64,000 bases of DNA from Eledone cirrhosa (taxonomy: Eukaryota): contig OZ024741.1 in the NCBI GenBank assembly GCA_964016885.1, positions 283,464,001 through 283,528,000 on the forward strand, given 5' to 3'. Position numbers and translations under genes: made by a program. Positions 24,265 through 38,089 of the stretch are shown here, piece by piece. Each line of letters starts with the position of its first letter. Position 1 is the first letter of the stretch. The notes under the pieces were generated by a model. It had not been told where the DNA came from. It searched no databases and saw nothing but the letters and a program-made list of their open reading frames with translations.

Positions 24265-24342
<78 letters not shown>

Positions 24343-24344
24343 TA

Positions 24345-24668
24345 TTCTCAGACCGGGTGATGTGTTGTTTCCTTGAGCAAGACACTTTATTTCACATTGC
24401 TCCACTTTACTCAGCTGTAGAAATGAAACGATAGTGACTGGGGTCCCTATCATTCCACTGCAAAGTGGTCGTGGAGTTGCCACGGCAAAAAAAGCACCCA
24501 GCCCACACTGTAAAGTGGACGTGTAGGTGCCACGGCAAAAAAGCACCCAGCACTCACTGTAAATGAGGTTGGTGTTAGGAAGGGCATCCAGCTGTAGAAA
24601 TCAAGCCAGAATCAGTTCCTGTCCCACCCGTGCAAGCAGGGAAAAGCGGACGTAAAAATGATGATGAT
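24345..24668 (+). mobile_element. SINE family B with RTE-derived 3' tail
   Basis: Core, then aaaaagcacccagc repeats, gttaggaagggcatccagc and (GAT)n; inverted copies at 34120-34532 and 45110-45500. Confidence 0.8.
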
Positions 24669-24769
24669 ATATATAGGAAAAAGTCAGGACCCCGACGGCT
24701 GAGGATCCAAACTATATATATACTCATCATCATCATCATCATCATCATATATATATATATATATATAGA

Positions 24770-26176
24770 GAAAGATTGTGTGTGTAGATGATAACTGGAA
24801 TTTCTTGCATGACAACTTACTGCAGACTACTGAAGAAACTTGTGGTTGGGGCAGAGCTTCAGCCAGACAGAGAGTGACCTGGTGGTAGAACAGCATGGTA
24901 GATAAGGCCATTAGAGACAAAAGACTGGCATGGAAGGCTTGGAAAAACGGTGGGAGTAGAGACCAATACACAGCCGCTAAGAGAGAAACTAGACGTCAGG
25001 TGTACTTAGTACGCAGGGAGGCTGAGAGTAGGAGATTTGCCAATTTTCTGCGACGGGAACATCAGAGACGTGTGGTGTTCCGCATTGCAAGGCAGTGTGT
25101 CAGTGCAAATCAGGATGTTGTTGGAGATAAGTGTGTCTGGAATGATGCCGGTGTACTTAGTGTCACGAATGATCAGAAAAAGAGGAGGCCTGGAAATGTC
25201 ATTATGAGAAACTGATGAATGTGGAGAACGAATGAGACAGAGAGAAATTACCCCCAGTAGACCCGACAGAGGGACCAGCTATTGAGATTGACAAATATAG
25301 GGTACAAGAAGTAATTAAGGAAATGAAGAATGGTCAGGCTGCTGGACAGTCGGGGATAGTTGCTGAGATGCTAAGGCATCACGAGAAGTAGGCACTAAAT
25401 TAGTTGCATGTATCATTAATCAAGCTATATATGGTGGTGTCATACCCAAAGACTGGTGCAGCAGTTTTCTCATAAATTGCTACAAAGGTAAAGGGGAGGC
25501 TCTAGAGATGAGCAATTATAGGGGCAGAAAACTGATGGATCAGGTTATGAAATGGCAGAGAGAATATTAGCGCAACTGATTAGAGAAAGGGTCAAATTAG
25601 ATGAGATGCAGTTTGGTTTTGTGCCTCAGAAAAGTACAACAGATGCCCTCTTCTTAGTGAGGCAACTACAAGAGAGGTTCTTAGAGAAGAATAAGCCACT
25701 ATACTTAGCTTTTGTTGACCTAGAGAAGGCCTTTGATAGGGTACCCCGATCTGTCGTCCGGTGATCTCTAAGGAAACTAGGTGTAGAGGAATGGTTTATG
25801 AGGATAGTGCAAGCTATGTACAGGGGTGCTGTCAGTAAAGTGAGAATAGGAATGGAGTTTAGTGAGGAATCCCAGATACAAGTAGGTGTACATCAGGGTT
25901 CGGTCCTCAGCCCGCTCTTGTTCATTATAGTCCTCCAATCTATAGCAGAGGAGTTTAAGACTGGCTGCCCATGGGAAGTTCTCTATGCTGATGATATGGT
26001 TCTTATAGCAGATAAACATGGGCGGCGGCGGTGAGAGCAGACCTCAGATCACTGAAACTCACCGAGGAGATGTTGAACCATGACAAGTGGAGAGATGCTG
26101 TGCCCAATAGGACCCACCCAACCCTTGTAAGCAGGGAAAAGCGGACGTAAAATGATGATGTGATGATGATGATGAT
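24770..26176 (+). mobile_element. RTE LINE fragment (RT pseudogene, internal deletion after YADD)
   Basis: MQFGFVP, FVDLEKAFDRVP, VHQGSVLSPLLF, LYADD; stops and frameshifts; (GAT)n tail. Confidence 0.92.
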
Positions 26177-26509
26177 ATATATATATGTGTGTGTGTGTGG
26201 TTGTGTTTAATGCATTATTGTAAATATGACCTCAATGTATTGTTCATTGTTTATTGTCAAATTTTGCAAATGTTGAAATGTTCCAATTGATTAAACTATA
26301 AATATAGAAAGAGTGGCCAATATTTTATGTATGGTTAGAGAATAGAATATGTATTTTCCGATATATGAGAATGTTTATACCCAATTACAGCTTTACACTT
26401 CTTGAGTAACCAACAGTTGAGATGTATATATTGCATATATCAACACTATTTGAGGCTAGGTTTATATATACATACATACACACATCTATACATATATATA
26501 TATATATAT

Positions 26510-28135
26510 AAGCAAGAAAGTATTGGTAAAATCCAGTACTTCAGTATGCGGATAGGGTGCACTCAATGAAGATATAAGTTCCGGAGTTATAATAGTGACG
26601 AAACATTAGTCAATTGCATGAACTCATAATCCTTTATTTACTGCTATATATATTTCAATGATAGCCATTGAGTGGCTCGGCGCCTGCAGACACCTAAGGA
26701 CGGGAACTTTCCTCAAGCTATATGGATAAACCCCGGTTCTGGCCTCCCACAACGCCCCCCCCCCCACCCCCGTAGGTCCCCTACACCCCGTACCAATGAC
26801 CAATGGACTACAACCACCCATAGTTTGTGGTCCCTACGGTGGATTGTCCACCAGATCCTCTTCTGGTTAGGAGGTAACAAAACCTCGTTTATTGAACCTG
26901 AGGACCCCCCCCCCCCGGGAGTGGCCCACACAGGAAGAACAATCATACCTTGGTACTAACCCTATACACATGAATGAGTGCCCGCAACCGTACATAGTGT
27001 GTGTATACTGGGATTGCGTGAGTGTACACACTCATGTGACCGCAACGAAATACTAATACCCCAGTTTGCATTTGAAAAATGTTCAAGTGTATGCTTAGGA
27101 GTATATTTGTGTATGCTCTTTTGTATGAGTGCACATGTGTATATAGACATACACGCGCATCCAGAGGTATAAAAGTGTGGCTGGGTATGTGTATCTGTAC
27201 TAAGGGATTCACCTAAGCTCCAAAGCTCCAAAGCTATTGCTGTGAAGATATATATCACACTCTACTTTGTCTAGTCTAAACAAAAACTTTTCCAAACACC
27301 CACTTTACTTCTCTTTAAAAATAACACCCACCTAGTTTTATGTCTGCCTTATACTTGGATTTGGGGGCCTCTGTCGTATATATATATGCACTTGTGCACA
27401 GGTGTGTATATATATATATATATACACACCTGTATGGATTTGTGTGTGTAGATATGTGTGTGTGTGTCTGAGGGGGTAGGTGTGAGTGTATGTACAAGTC
27501 AACCAACATAGGTCTTTTTATTTTTAAACTCTCTAAGCATTTGACTCTTACCATAATTTTCAGCATTATCACCCCACATAAATTCCTCAATTTGTATGTG
27601 TGGCTGTGTGTGTGTGTCTGTGGGGGTGGGGGTGAATGTACGTGCAAGTCAACCAACATAAGTCTTTTTAGATGTAAATTTTCTAGTATTCTACACTAAC
27701 CATAATTTTCAGTAGTACCACCCTACATAAATTCCTCAATTTAAGATTGACCTGTAGTATTGAATTTCATACTATAAACCCAATTGAATATATATCTGAC
27801 CAGGAATGCTTTTTGTCATATGGAACTATTGTCATCTTGCCTGATGGTTTGAACTTTACAACACCACCTGCCTCTTTGAGGTCAAATACCAACCCTACTA
27901 GCATCTACAAACTGACCAATGTGAATTAAGATTATTGCTGCTGACAACATTAAATTATTCCTAACAAGCTCATATGTCCCAAGGCTCTGATACCACCAAC
28001 ACCATAAACACAGAGCTGGAATATCTAAGAACTGACTAACTGCCTGATGAGGTCATAGCCACTCAATGGCTATCATCGAAATATATATAGCAGTAAATAA
28101 AGGATTATGAGTTCATGCAATTGACTTATGTTTTG

Positions 28136-28142
<7 letters not shown>
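26510..28142 (+). mobile_element. PLE derivative with inverted pLTR (26591-26678 / about 28057-28142)
   Basis: IR read directly; QECF..LPDGLN (endonuclease C-terminal P-x-GLN-like) near 27800-27855; HHR; gcactcaa/ttccggagtta tail. Confidence 0.75.
28039..28094 (+). ncRNA. Type I hammerhead ribozyme
   Basis: actgc-CTGATGA(28044-28050)-ggtc atagcca ctcaa tggctat catc-GAAA-tatatat-A-gcagt; all helices pair (1 mismatch). Confidence 0.82.
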
Positions 28143-28164
<22 letters not shown>

Positions 28165-28166
<2 letters not shown>

Positions 28167-28335
28167 TCTGACAACTTGGTAGTACGAGCAGCATTTGAAA
28201 ATTGAGTATCTGCAAATTAATAACTACTAATTTGCATATAGCATGACTAGGCTGTGTACCTACTAAAGAAACGTGTAAACATCTGGAATAAATTGCCTTT
28301 TTATGATGTCTATTTGTTTTGTTAATCATTCTTTA
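28165..28335 (+). mobile_element. pLTR fragment of the 11384-11548 family
   Basis: cagcatttga..tgcaaat..atttgca..actaggctgt..gaaac..gaataaatt.cctttttatgatgtcta homology. Confidence 0.7.
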
Positions 28336-28714
28336 TATATATATATTATATATACATGCATACATACAAACATACATACATGCATACATACATGCATACA
28401 TACATGTATACATACATATGTACAATCATACATGCTTACATACATACATACATACATACAAATATACATACACACATACAGACATACACACACATATACA
28501 TACACACATACATACACACATACACACACATACTTACATACATACATACATGTATGCATACATGGTGGCTGCCAACGCATTTTCGAGTATGGCCACTACT
28601 TTATATCTATGTAGGAGAACTCCTACCGATGCGCTGAACAAGTGTGACTTTTTAGTCCAGCCAGCGACTTGAAATCTCTGGTACAAACACTACACTTGTG
28701 ACATACAAGAGTTC

Positions 28715-28970
28715 CCATGGACATCCAGTCTTAAATTCCTCTGTTATAGCCTGCAATACTACAATAACAGGAAAGGGCTTAGTCATTGTTAACCCTAACT
28801 TTGCTGACTGCTCCCCTATACATGGCTTGTACAGCTTTCACAAGCCATTCGTCTACTCCTATATTTCTAAGAGCTCACCAGATTATAGCATGGGGCACTC
28901 TGTTGAAGGCTTTTTCCAGATCGCCAAATGCCAGGTAGAGCGGCTTACTTTTAGCTAGGTACTTTTCCTA
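28715..28970 (-). mobile_element. RTE RT fragment
   Basis: Reverse complement encodes EEFKTGCPWEL-like and EKAFNRVP-like motifs. Confidence 0.75.
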
Positions 28971-29146
28971 CAAATGCCAGGTCGAGCAGCTAGGTAATGT
29001 TTATTTTATTTTTTTCTATTGTTTTTTGTAATATTCTGTGAACTCTTAATGACCTATACTACATGAAATAGCATTAGCAAAAACATTCTTGAAAATTATA
29101 AAGCAGCAATATGACTACATCTCATTAAAAATTGAAATGTTTACTC

Positions 29147-29707
29147 TAATACTGAAAACGTTCACAATGTGCCCACTAGTAAAGATACTATAAACATTTG
29201 AATTAACAAAACTGTTTTTAGATATTTCCAGCTAAGTCATTACAGAATGTTAAAAGATAATACTGAAAATGTTCACAAAGATTCTTCCACTAGTAAAGAT
29301 ACTATAGACATTTGAATTAACAAACCTATTTTTCAAGACATTTTCTGCTAAATCATTAGAGGATGTCAAGAGTTAATACTGTGAATTTTCCCAATGATCT
29401 GCCCGCTAATAAAGATGCTATACATATTTGAATTAAAAAAGTGCGGTTTTGTATTTTCTAAAATATCTTGCTAATAATTGTTTCCACTTTTGGCATAAGG
29501 CCAGTAATTAGCCCAGTGCATTACTGGTGCTTTATTTGATCGACCCCGTTAGGATGAAAGGTAAAGTTAAGATCGCGGGGATTTGAACTTAGAACGTAAA
29601 GGGACATAACTCTATGCTGCAAAGCATGGTGTCTGATACTCTATCAATACTGACAATCCATTGCCCTAAGGCGATGATTGCATGTGGTACAGGATGTTAA
29701 GAGTTAA
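29147..29707. repeat. About 113-bp tandem repeat x3; third unit interrupted by SINE A (about 29475-29668, - strand)
   Basis: taatactg..ccactagtaaagatactata..catttgaattaa units; ggatgttaagagttaat resumes after the SINE. Confidence 0.8.
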
Positions 29708-30040
29708 TGGTATTTAGTTGATTATATCAACTTCAATAATTTATGTCATGTCTATTTCATATTTCGAAAAGAAATTCCATGTGGACATTGACTTAAGGGG
29801 AGATAGATAATTCAGTCAGGCGTAAATATCACAATTCCCATCTGCCAAAATTCACTAATAATATCAAAATATCAGTCAACCTGAAGCTATATTAGAAGAC
29901 ACTCGTGCAAGGTACAGTAAGATGGAACCTAGAACTACATGAATTAGAAGTGAACTTCTTAACTACACAACCATACTTGTATTTGTTTATAATAGAAAAT
30001 TATATTTTTCATATATTTATTTGTATTATAATCAAATATT

Positions 30041-30095
<55 letters not shown>

Positions 30096-30504
30096 TCTTT
30101 ATCTATTTGTCCTAGAATATTTGTTACTAATGAAAAATTAATATCATACCTATTGATTTTTATGCTTAAGAGTAAGTGAGTATCTGAACATTTTCAAACA
30201 ATGTTTTAGTTGAAGGTGTTTTGAACCAATGGAAACATTCTCCCTTAACATAAATTTGCAAATATTGGCAACCTTAAAGTACACAGAACCATTTAAGTTC
30301 ACAATTAGTATTTTGTAGTGTTCATACCCAAAATTAGGTTATTTGAGGTGTTAACATTTTTTACTATGCTGTATATTCTGGCATAAAAAGAGTTTATTCC
30401 TCTATGAAAGAAAGACCCAGAAAGTAATCAATACATTTTATTGCTAGGAATGTGACACAAACGAATCCAAAGACAGAGTCTTCATTAATGCAATTATTCT
30501 AATA

Positions 30505-31280
30505 ATTCTTTCTAATATTGGCACAAAGCCAGTAATTTGGGAGATGGAGAAAGTTGATTATATCAACCCCAGTACTTGACTAGTACTTTATTTTATTAAC
30601 TCCAGAAGGATAAAAGGCAAAGTTGACCTCAGCAGGATTTTAATTCAGAACATAGAAAGTTGTAACTACATAATGTAATGCATTTTGTTCAACATTCTAC
30701 TGATACTGCCAATCTACTGCCCTCAACTGTACTAATAATTGTTTCTATTTAAGGCCTCATAGACTAGCAATTTAAGAGGATTTGAAAGTACATTATATCA
30801 ATCCTAGTGTTTGACTGGTACTATATTTTATCAACTCTAGAAGGATGAAAGGGAAAATTGATCTCAGCAGGATTTAAACTAAGAATGTAAAGACTCAGAA
30901 AAATGCCACAGAGCATAACAATTCTCAAATATAGATAAAGGGTAAAGACCCCCTTCAGTCACAAATGACCATGGGATTTGTACCTAGAAAGTTCTCCGAG
31001 GTACAAGTCTGGGCAAGGTTGTTTGTGGAAGACCAGCAGTCACCTGTGTATATTGGTCTCCTCTCTCCACACCACCAATGATGTCCAAGGTAAAGGCAAT
31101 GGCTGATACAGTTTGCCACCAGTGACATCGCAACTCATTTTTACAGTTGCGCAAACTGAAGCAACGTGAAAATAAAGTGTCTTGCTCAAGGACACAACGC
31201 ATCTCCCAGGCTGAGAATCGAACTCACAACCTCATGATTGCAAGTCTAGTGTTTTACCTACTAACCCATATGCCTTCTCA
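30505..31280 (-). mobile_element. Cluster of three SINEs (A, A, B)
   Basis: Core matches on - strand. Confidence 0.7.
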
Positions 31281-31958
31281 AATATATCACCCTGTAATAG
31301 TAACTACTAATAATAATAGATTAAGAAGTTGAATTTTAATGTTGATATTGAGTTCATAACCAAAACATTTTTTATCTTGCCTGCAATAAAGGTTTGACTG
31401 CAATAAAGGAGAGCATCAGACAAAATACTTTGCAGCATTTAGTTACGCTAAATTTACATTTTGAGTTCAAATCCCTTCGAGATCATTTGTGTCTTTTATC
31501 TTTCTGGGGTTGATAAAATATAGTACCACTCATATGCTGAGGTTGATATAATAGACTTTCCCTTTCTCAGAAATTGTTGACCTTGTACTTAAATTAGAAA
31601 TCATTATTTTGTTTGCAATAAAAAATTTGTTATGAACATATCTACAATTAATTTTATATCTATATGAGGAAGAAGTAAATTATTATTCTAGTTGCACATG
31701 TGAAATTTGATGATGGTTGTGTGTAAATAAGGTCCTCCAATGGTGCTGTCAATTAAACATAGATTTTTTCATTCAGATCCTAGAGAGAAAACTTCCATAT
31801 CTTAAAGCTGCCTGATCTTGTGCCACATATGCTAATATTCCCTTGTCTTTCCTCCTCTTCACCCCAATATTTCGTCTATTTCATCAAGCCCCATATTTAC
31901 CCATTTATGAACATGTCTATAATAACATACACTGTATTTCATGAAGAATTTGAAGGTA

Positions 31959-32311
31959 CCATTTTTGAAGGCTTATAAGACGCACTTTTTTCTCCAAAAC
32001 ATGTCCCAGAAAACCACCCTGTATCATATAAGGTCAAGGGTCAGTTTGGGTTCCTGACTAGTGGAGTTCTATTGCTGCAGTAGCCCTTAAATTAAATTTT
32101 CATTTTCATACTTTCTTATGTTTTAAAAATGTACTAAAATATTACAACAAGAATTGTGATGTAAAATGATTAAAAAATACGATGTACAAACTTTATATCC
32201 ATCACCTGACATTCGTAGTTTAAATCCATTTATTTATTTATTTATTTTAAATGCCTGCCCAAATTGAGGTGTGTTTATAAACCCATGCGTCTTATAAGCC
32301 ATCAAATACAG
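31959..32311. mobile_element. pogo/Tigger-like MITE
   Basis: TA-ccatttttgaaggcttataagacgca ... tgcgtcttataagccatcaaatacag-TA. Confidence 0.75.
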
Positions 32312-33160
32312 TATTTACTAAAATAATTAGTTATTTCATTATTGAAATGATATTTGTAACATAACTTTACTTCTTTTGGCTCCCTATGAAACACTGGGAA
32401 ACAGAAATTATTCATCGTTTCTGTAATAATTTTGATTAGTGGAGGTAAGATTTCTAGCCTCACTCTCTATTCCTCCTCCCTTCTCAACATGGGCTGAAAA
32501 CTAACCTAGCATTTCGAAGTTAAGGAGATGGGGGCAGTTTTCGACAGGTTTGGTATCAAAATGATTAACTACTCTAGTAAGTCCTTTCTCTAAAGTATGT
32601 GTGCACTGCAAGGCACACTTACCTTAGATATTCCATCAATTATGACTTTAGAATGATCTTCATATTTATTTCTTGGATTGAATGCATGTTAATGCTCTAC
32701 ACATTAAATCCCAAAATACATAACTATATTACCAGAATTTTCAATAATCTTCAAAAGGATTTGATGAATAAGAAACATCTGGCATATATTTAAATGTAGA
32801 AAGACTGGTCCTGTATGATCACTTTATGACTTTCTGACCAGCAATACACTGGCAGATAAATGAAACAAATTTACAGCATAATAATAGCAAATCAATAGAA
32901 GATAAAAGATACAAAATATTGGCTAAATATATTGATTACTTAGATTTATAATTATGATTTCACACGGATATTGGGTTAACATATTGGAAAATATTGATTA
33001 ATATTAGTGCATTTTCCGCGGAAAGAAAACTAAAATAAATATTGACCGACTGAAAACAATAAGTAAAAGATCAAACAATAAAATTACATATTTATAGAGC
33101 AGATGAGTGAGGAGATAGGACTATCCGTTTTTCTGTTGTTTTTTCCTGTGTATCCCTATT

Positions 33161-33399
<239 letters not shown>

Positions 33400-33585
33400 T
33401 AAGAGGAATTCCAACTTTGTCTGATTTACTCGTTTTATTTACAATCCTTTAAAATATATAATGGTATTATAATGAAATAGTATGATAGAATATTAAATTC
33501 TAAGTGTTAATTGAACAAGTACTTTCATGCTTTCGCAATCTACAGGTTCATGATATGTGGTGACAGTCGAGTTTGCAATTTTCAA

Positions 33586-33636
<51 letters not shown>

Positions 33637-33639
33637 CAT

Positions 33640-33698
<59 letters not shown>

Positions 33699-34809
33699 TA
33701 TATATATATATACATATATACATATATATATGTATATATATGTGTGTATGTGATAACTATACACTTATGACTAATTTCAATATGATATAGTTAGATGATA
33801 TATGATATAAGATACGAGATATATGATCAGTTGATGTAAAGATATATTTATAGTTCAAAGAGAACATTTAATAAATAAGATAGGAGTGTGTGAGATAACA
33901 ACAGTAAAGGAAAGCATTATAGTTAACTAGGAGACATAATTATATTGATAGACAGATGGTATGTAAGTAAACATATCACTACCTTCTCATGTTTCTACAC
34001 TCAAACTTATATATATATATATATTCAAGCTCACACACACACATACATATATATCAACATGTGGTTGATAGGTGAGAGAAAAATAAAATGAATATATATA
34101 TACATTATATACATATATATCATCATCATCATCATCAACGTTTTACGTCCGTTCTTCCACGCTAGCATAGGTTAGACAGGTTGTCCTGTTGTGGGCCGTG
34201 TCCGGTCAGCTGACCTTGTCTTGCTCATATGGAAACTGATTCTGGCTTGATTTCTAGAGCTGGATGCCCTTCTTAACACCAACCTCATTTACAGTGAGTG
34301 CTGGGTGCTTTTTTTTCCGTGACGCCTTCACGTCCACTTTACAGTGTGGACTGGGTGCTTTTTTGCCGTGGCACCTGCACCCCTATCATCTCATTTCTAC
34401 AGCTGAGTAAACTGGAGCAATGTGAAATAAAGTGTCTTGCTCAAGGAAACAACACATCACCTGGTTCGAGAATTGAACTCACAACCTTTTGATTGCAAGC
34501 CCAATGCTCTAACCACTAAGCCATGCGCCTTCACATATATACATATATGTATATATATATATCTATTATACCCTTATAAACTTATATACACACACATGCA
34601 CATGCACATACATATGTACATGCTCTGTATACAAAATGATTTTTTTCCTTTTCAGCTAGAAGGGTTTGATCACCACCTTTTAAAACAAGACCAACTGATT
34701 TTCTTATACACCAATGATGCCAGAATCCAAGAGATGGCAACATAAACAGACCTATTTTTTCTCAAAAAAATTTGTTTTCATTTCTCCCATTTTCTTTAAT
34801 TCTGTTCTC

Positions 34810-35990
34810 AGAATTTATGCCTACTCCTTTTCTACATATTGAGCAGGGCCACTTCCCTGAAGGAATCAGGGTTCTATCTTTTCTCCTACATGCTACCACT
34901 TTAGTTTTGGCTAAGTTTACTCTCAGGCCTTTTGATTCTAAATTCTGTTTCCATAGTTCGAATTTATTTTCTAGATCTTTAATGGATTCGGCTATAAGGA
35001 CTAGATCATCTGCATATAGAAGTACCCATGGGTAGCTGGTCTTAAATTCTTCTGTTATAGCCTGGGAGGACTATAATGAATAGTAGTGGGCTATGAACTG
35101 AAACTTGATGAACTCCTACTTGTACCTTGAATTCCTCACTAAACTCATTTCCTACTCTCCCTTTGCTGACAGCTCATCTGTACATGGCTTGTACTGCTCT
35201 CAACAACCATTTTTGTACACCTTACTTCCTTAACCTCTTCAATGCCATAGATGAGATTACTCATCCTAACATGTTTGAACTCTTTCCCAACAGTTCATAA
35301 CTTCAAAGCTAGATGGGATTACTAGTTTATTGATGTGACATGTTAATCATTCAGATGTGTGTTGTTAATAAATGTTTGTTTTAAAAAGATAGTCATTTTA
35401 CTGGGAAAAAACCCTGGCACAGCAACTGTAGCTGTGTAAAATATACACAGCAGTCAACAGGTTAAGGAACACCAGATAATAGATCGGGGTACTCTGTCAA
35501 ACGCTTTTTCTAGGTCAACACAAGCTAGGAACAGTGGCTTTTTTTAGCTAAGAACTTCTCTTGTAATTGCTTCACTAAAAAGAGGGCATCTGCAATACTT
35601 TTCTCAGGCATGAAACCAAACTGCATCTTGTCTAATTTGACTCTTTCTCTAATTAGTTGTGCTATAACTTTTTCCATCAATTCCATAACTTGGTCCATTA
35701 GTTTTATTCCTCTATAGTTGCTTCTCTCTAGAGCATTGCCTTTGCCCATGTAGCAATTTATGATTGTACTGCTGCACCAGTCATTGTGTATGTCACTGTC
35801 TCGTATTATCTGATTGACTATGTGGGTTACTAGTTTGACTCCTACTTCTGGAGCTTTTAGCATCTCAGCAGCTATCTCTGATAGTCCTGCAGGTTTACCA
35901 TTTTTCATCTCTTTGATTACTTCTTTAACATTATAACTGTCAACTTCAATGGTTGGCTCTTCTATTGGGTGGGCTTCAGGTAGTATCAGC
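34810..35990 (-). mobile_element. RTE RT fragment interrupted by a piggyBac-like MITE
   Basis: NYRGIKLMDQVM, MQFGFMP, LYADDL motifs. Confidence 0.9.
35234..35461. mobile_element. piggyBac-like MITE
   Basis: TTAA at 35230-35233 and 35462-35465; imperfect TIRs cctcttcaatgc / gcagtcaacagg; removing it restores the RTE motif WCSL-RK. Confidence 0.7.
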
Positions 35991-36176
35991 ATGCAGGAGT
36001 TTTAACAAGAAAAAGCAATTTAACCTTATAACAAATTTCTTGATAATCCAATACGGAGAAAGTAGGCTTTGCTAACCATCAATTTTTTAAATCAATTTTT
36101 GTACATGTTATAAAGATTCTATATATACCAGGTGCTCTTTTCAAACCCTTTTTTTAAAATCATATTTTCCTTATAT

Positions 36177-36216
<40 letters not shown>

Positions 36217-36254
36217 GTATGTGTGTGTGTGTATTTGTATATATATATATATGT

Positions 36255-36960
36255 GTGTAATAGTAATATACGTGAATGGCAAAGCATAAACGAACTAAGG
36301 GAAAAATTAGAAATAAGAGGGATCAGATGTTGTTTACTCGAGAGAAGACTACATTGGTATGGTCACGTGATGCGCATGAAAGACGACAGCTGTATAAAAA
36401 AAGTGCAGGGCAATAAAAATAGACGGTAGCCATGGAGTAGGCAGACCCAGAAAAACCTGGGATGACTTGATAAATTCCGACCTCACACACACCTCTCCAA
36501 GACGATGTCACTGGACCGAGACCTTTGGCGCTACACAGTAATAGAGAAGACCCGCCTTACCTAAGTACAAAGTGAAATCTACTACAGTCAGTAGGAACCT
36601 CTAACAAAATACACCTCCGTCCCACTACCCCCACCCCATCCACACCACCCCTTTCAATGTAAAGTTATGTTGGTACCACAACATCCAGCCCGAAACAAAT
36701 GAGGTCGTGTAGGTGTCACGGCAAAAAAACACACAGTCCACGCTGTAATGTGGCCGTGTAGGTAACACGGTGAAAACCTCCCAGTTCCACACTGTAAATG
36801 TGGTTGGTGTTAGGAAGGGCATCCAGCCGTAGAAAACCCGCCAGACAGTCCTATGCGAGCAAGACAACCACTCTTACCTCAAGTGGAAAAACTCCCGTCC
36901 AAACCCATGCAAGTGTGGCATGTGGACGTTAAACGATGATGATGATGATGATGATGATGA
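36255..36960 (+). mobile_element. RTE 3' fragment with UTR and (GAT)n tail
   Basis: RRLHWYGHVMR; reverse-complement homolog of 19660-20400. Confidence 0.88.
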
Positions 36961-36979
36961 TACATATACATATATATCC

Positions 36980-37280
36980 ATAGGTGTAAAAAGGTAAAAA
37001 CCAGTGCTCAATCAGGGATGAGAGCTGATATATCATATTATTTATTTATGTTACACAGAGATCAAAAGCACTACCTAAGATTTCAAGGCCCAAATTGACC
37101 ATATCTCCAGATTGTAGGAAGGATCAAAATAGTGATATAATCTTCAGAAGCTTAGATTAGATCACTATTTTGATCTCTCTTACAATCTGGAGATATGGTC
37201 AATTTGGGCCTTGAAACCTTAGGTAGTGCTTTTGTTCTGTGTGTAACATAAATAAATAAATAAATAATATGATATATAAT
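36980..37280. mobile_element. Fold-back element (arms about 37028-37143 / 37153-37278) with degenerate HHR and gtgctcaa tail
   Basis: IR read directly; right arm ctggaga..ggtc aattt gggcc..GAAA-ccttagg-TA. Confidence 0.75.
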
Positions 37281-37685
37281 ATAATTGTTCCTACTTTTGG
37301 CACAAGGCCAGCAATTATCCCAGTACATTACTGGTACTTTATTTTATCGACCCCATAAGGATGAAAGGCAAAGTTAACGTCGGCGGTAATATAATATAAT
37401 ATATATATATAAAATATATACTTACTCTCACAGTCGCTCAGAATTGATTTTGTTATACCATGAGAGGATCATGGATGAGTTCATTCATTGTGATGATCAA
37501 TATGAGAAGAGATAGGGGAGCCAATTGATACAACTCAGCTGGGAAGATCCCACAATCAAATACTGGAGGAAACAACATTGAGAATGATGCTAGACCTTCT
37601 GGGACATCCATGTGTTTAGTATCAATCACCCTCATACACACCACATATAAATATATATGTGTGTGTGTATATGCATATATGTATG

Positions 37686-37746
<61 letters not shown>

Positions 37747-38089
37747 TTATATGTATATATATACATTTATGTATCATCACCATCATCATTGCTGTTTAGC
37801 ATCAATTTTTCAATGCATGCATATGCTGCCTTTTTCATTGGGAATATGATAAAAAATATATCCATCTTTCGGAAAGCAAATTGACAGAGTTGTTAAAACA
37901 TAGGTCAAAATGCTATGTGCTACTTGTTTTTGGCTGTCTGCACTTTCTAAAGTTTTGAACTGAAACTAATCAAAGAAAAAGAAGGAATGTGAGAATGGAA
38001 TATGAAGCAATTTTGATATGGGAACAAAATGAGCAACACACTATGCCTTGGGCATATCAAACCTGGCAGAGTTTATCTTTCTTCAGGTC

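Noticed and set aside
24470-24570. aaaaagcacccagc repeats as a CRISPR-like array
   Set aside because: Internal tandem units of RTE/SINE 3' ends; no unique spacers, no cas genes, eukaryotic context
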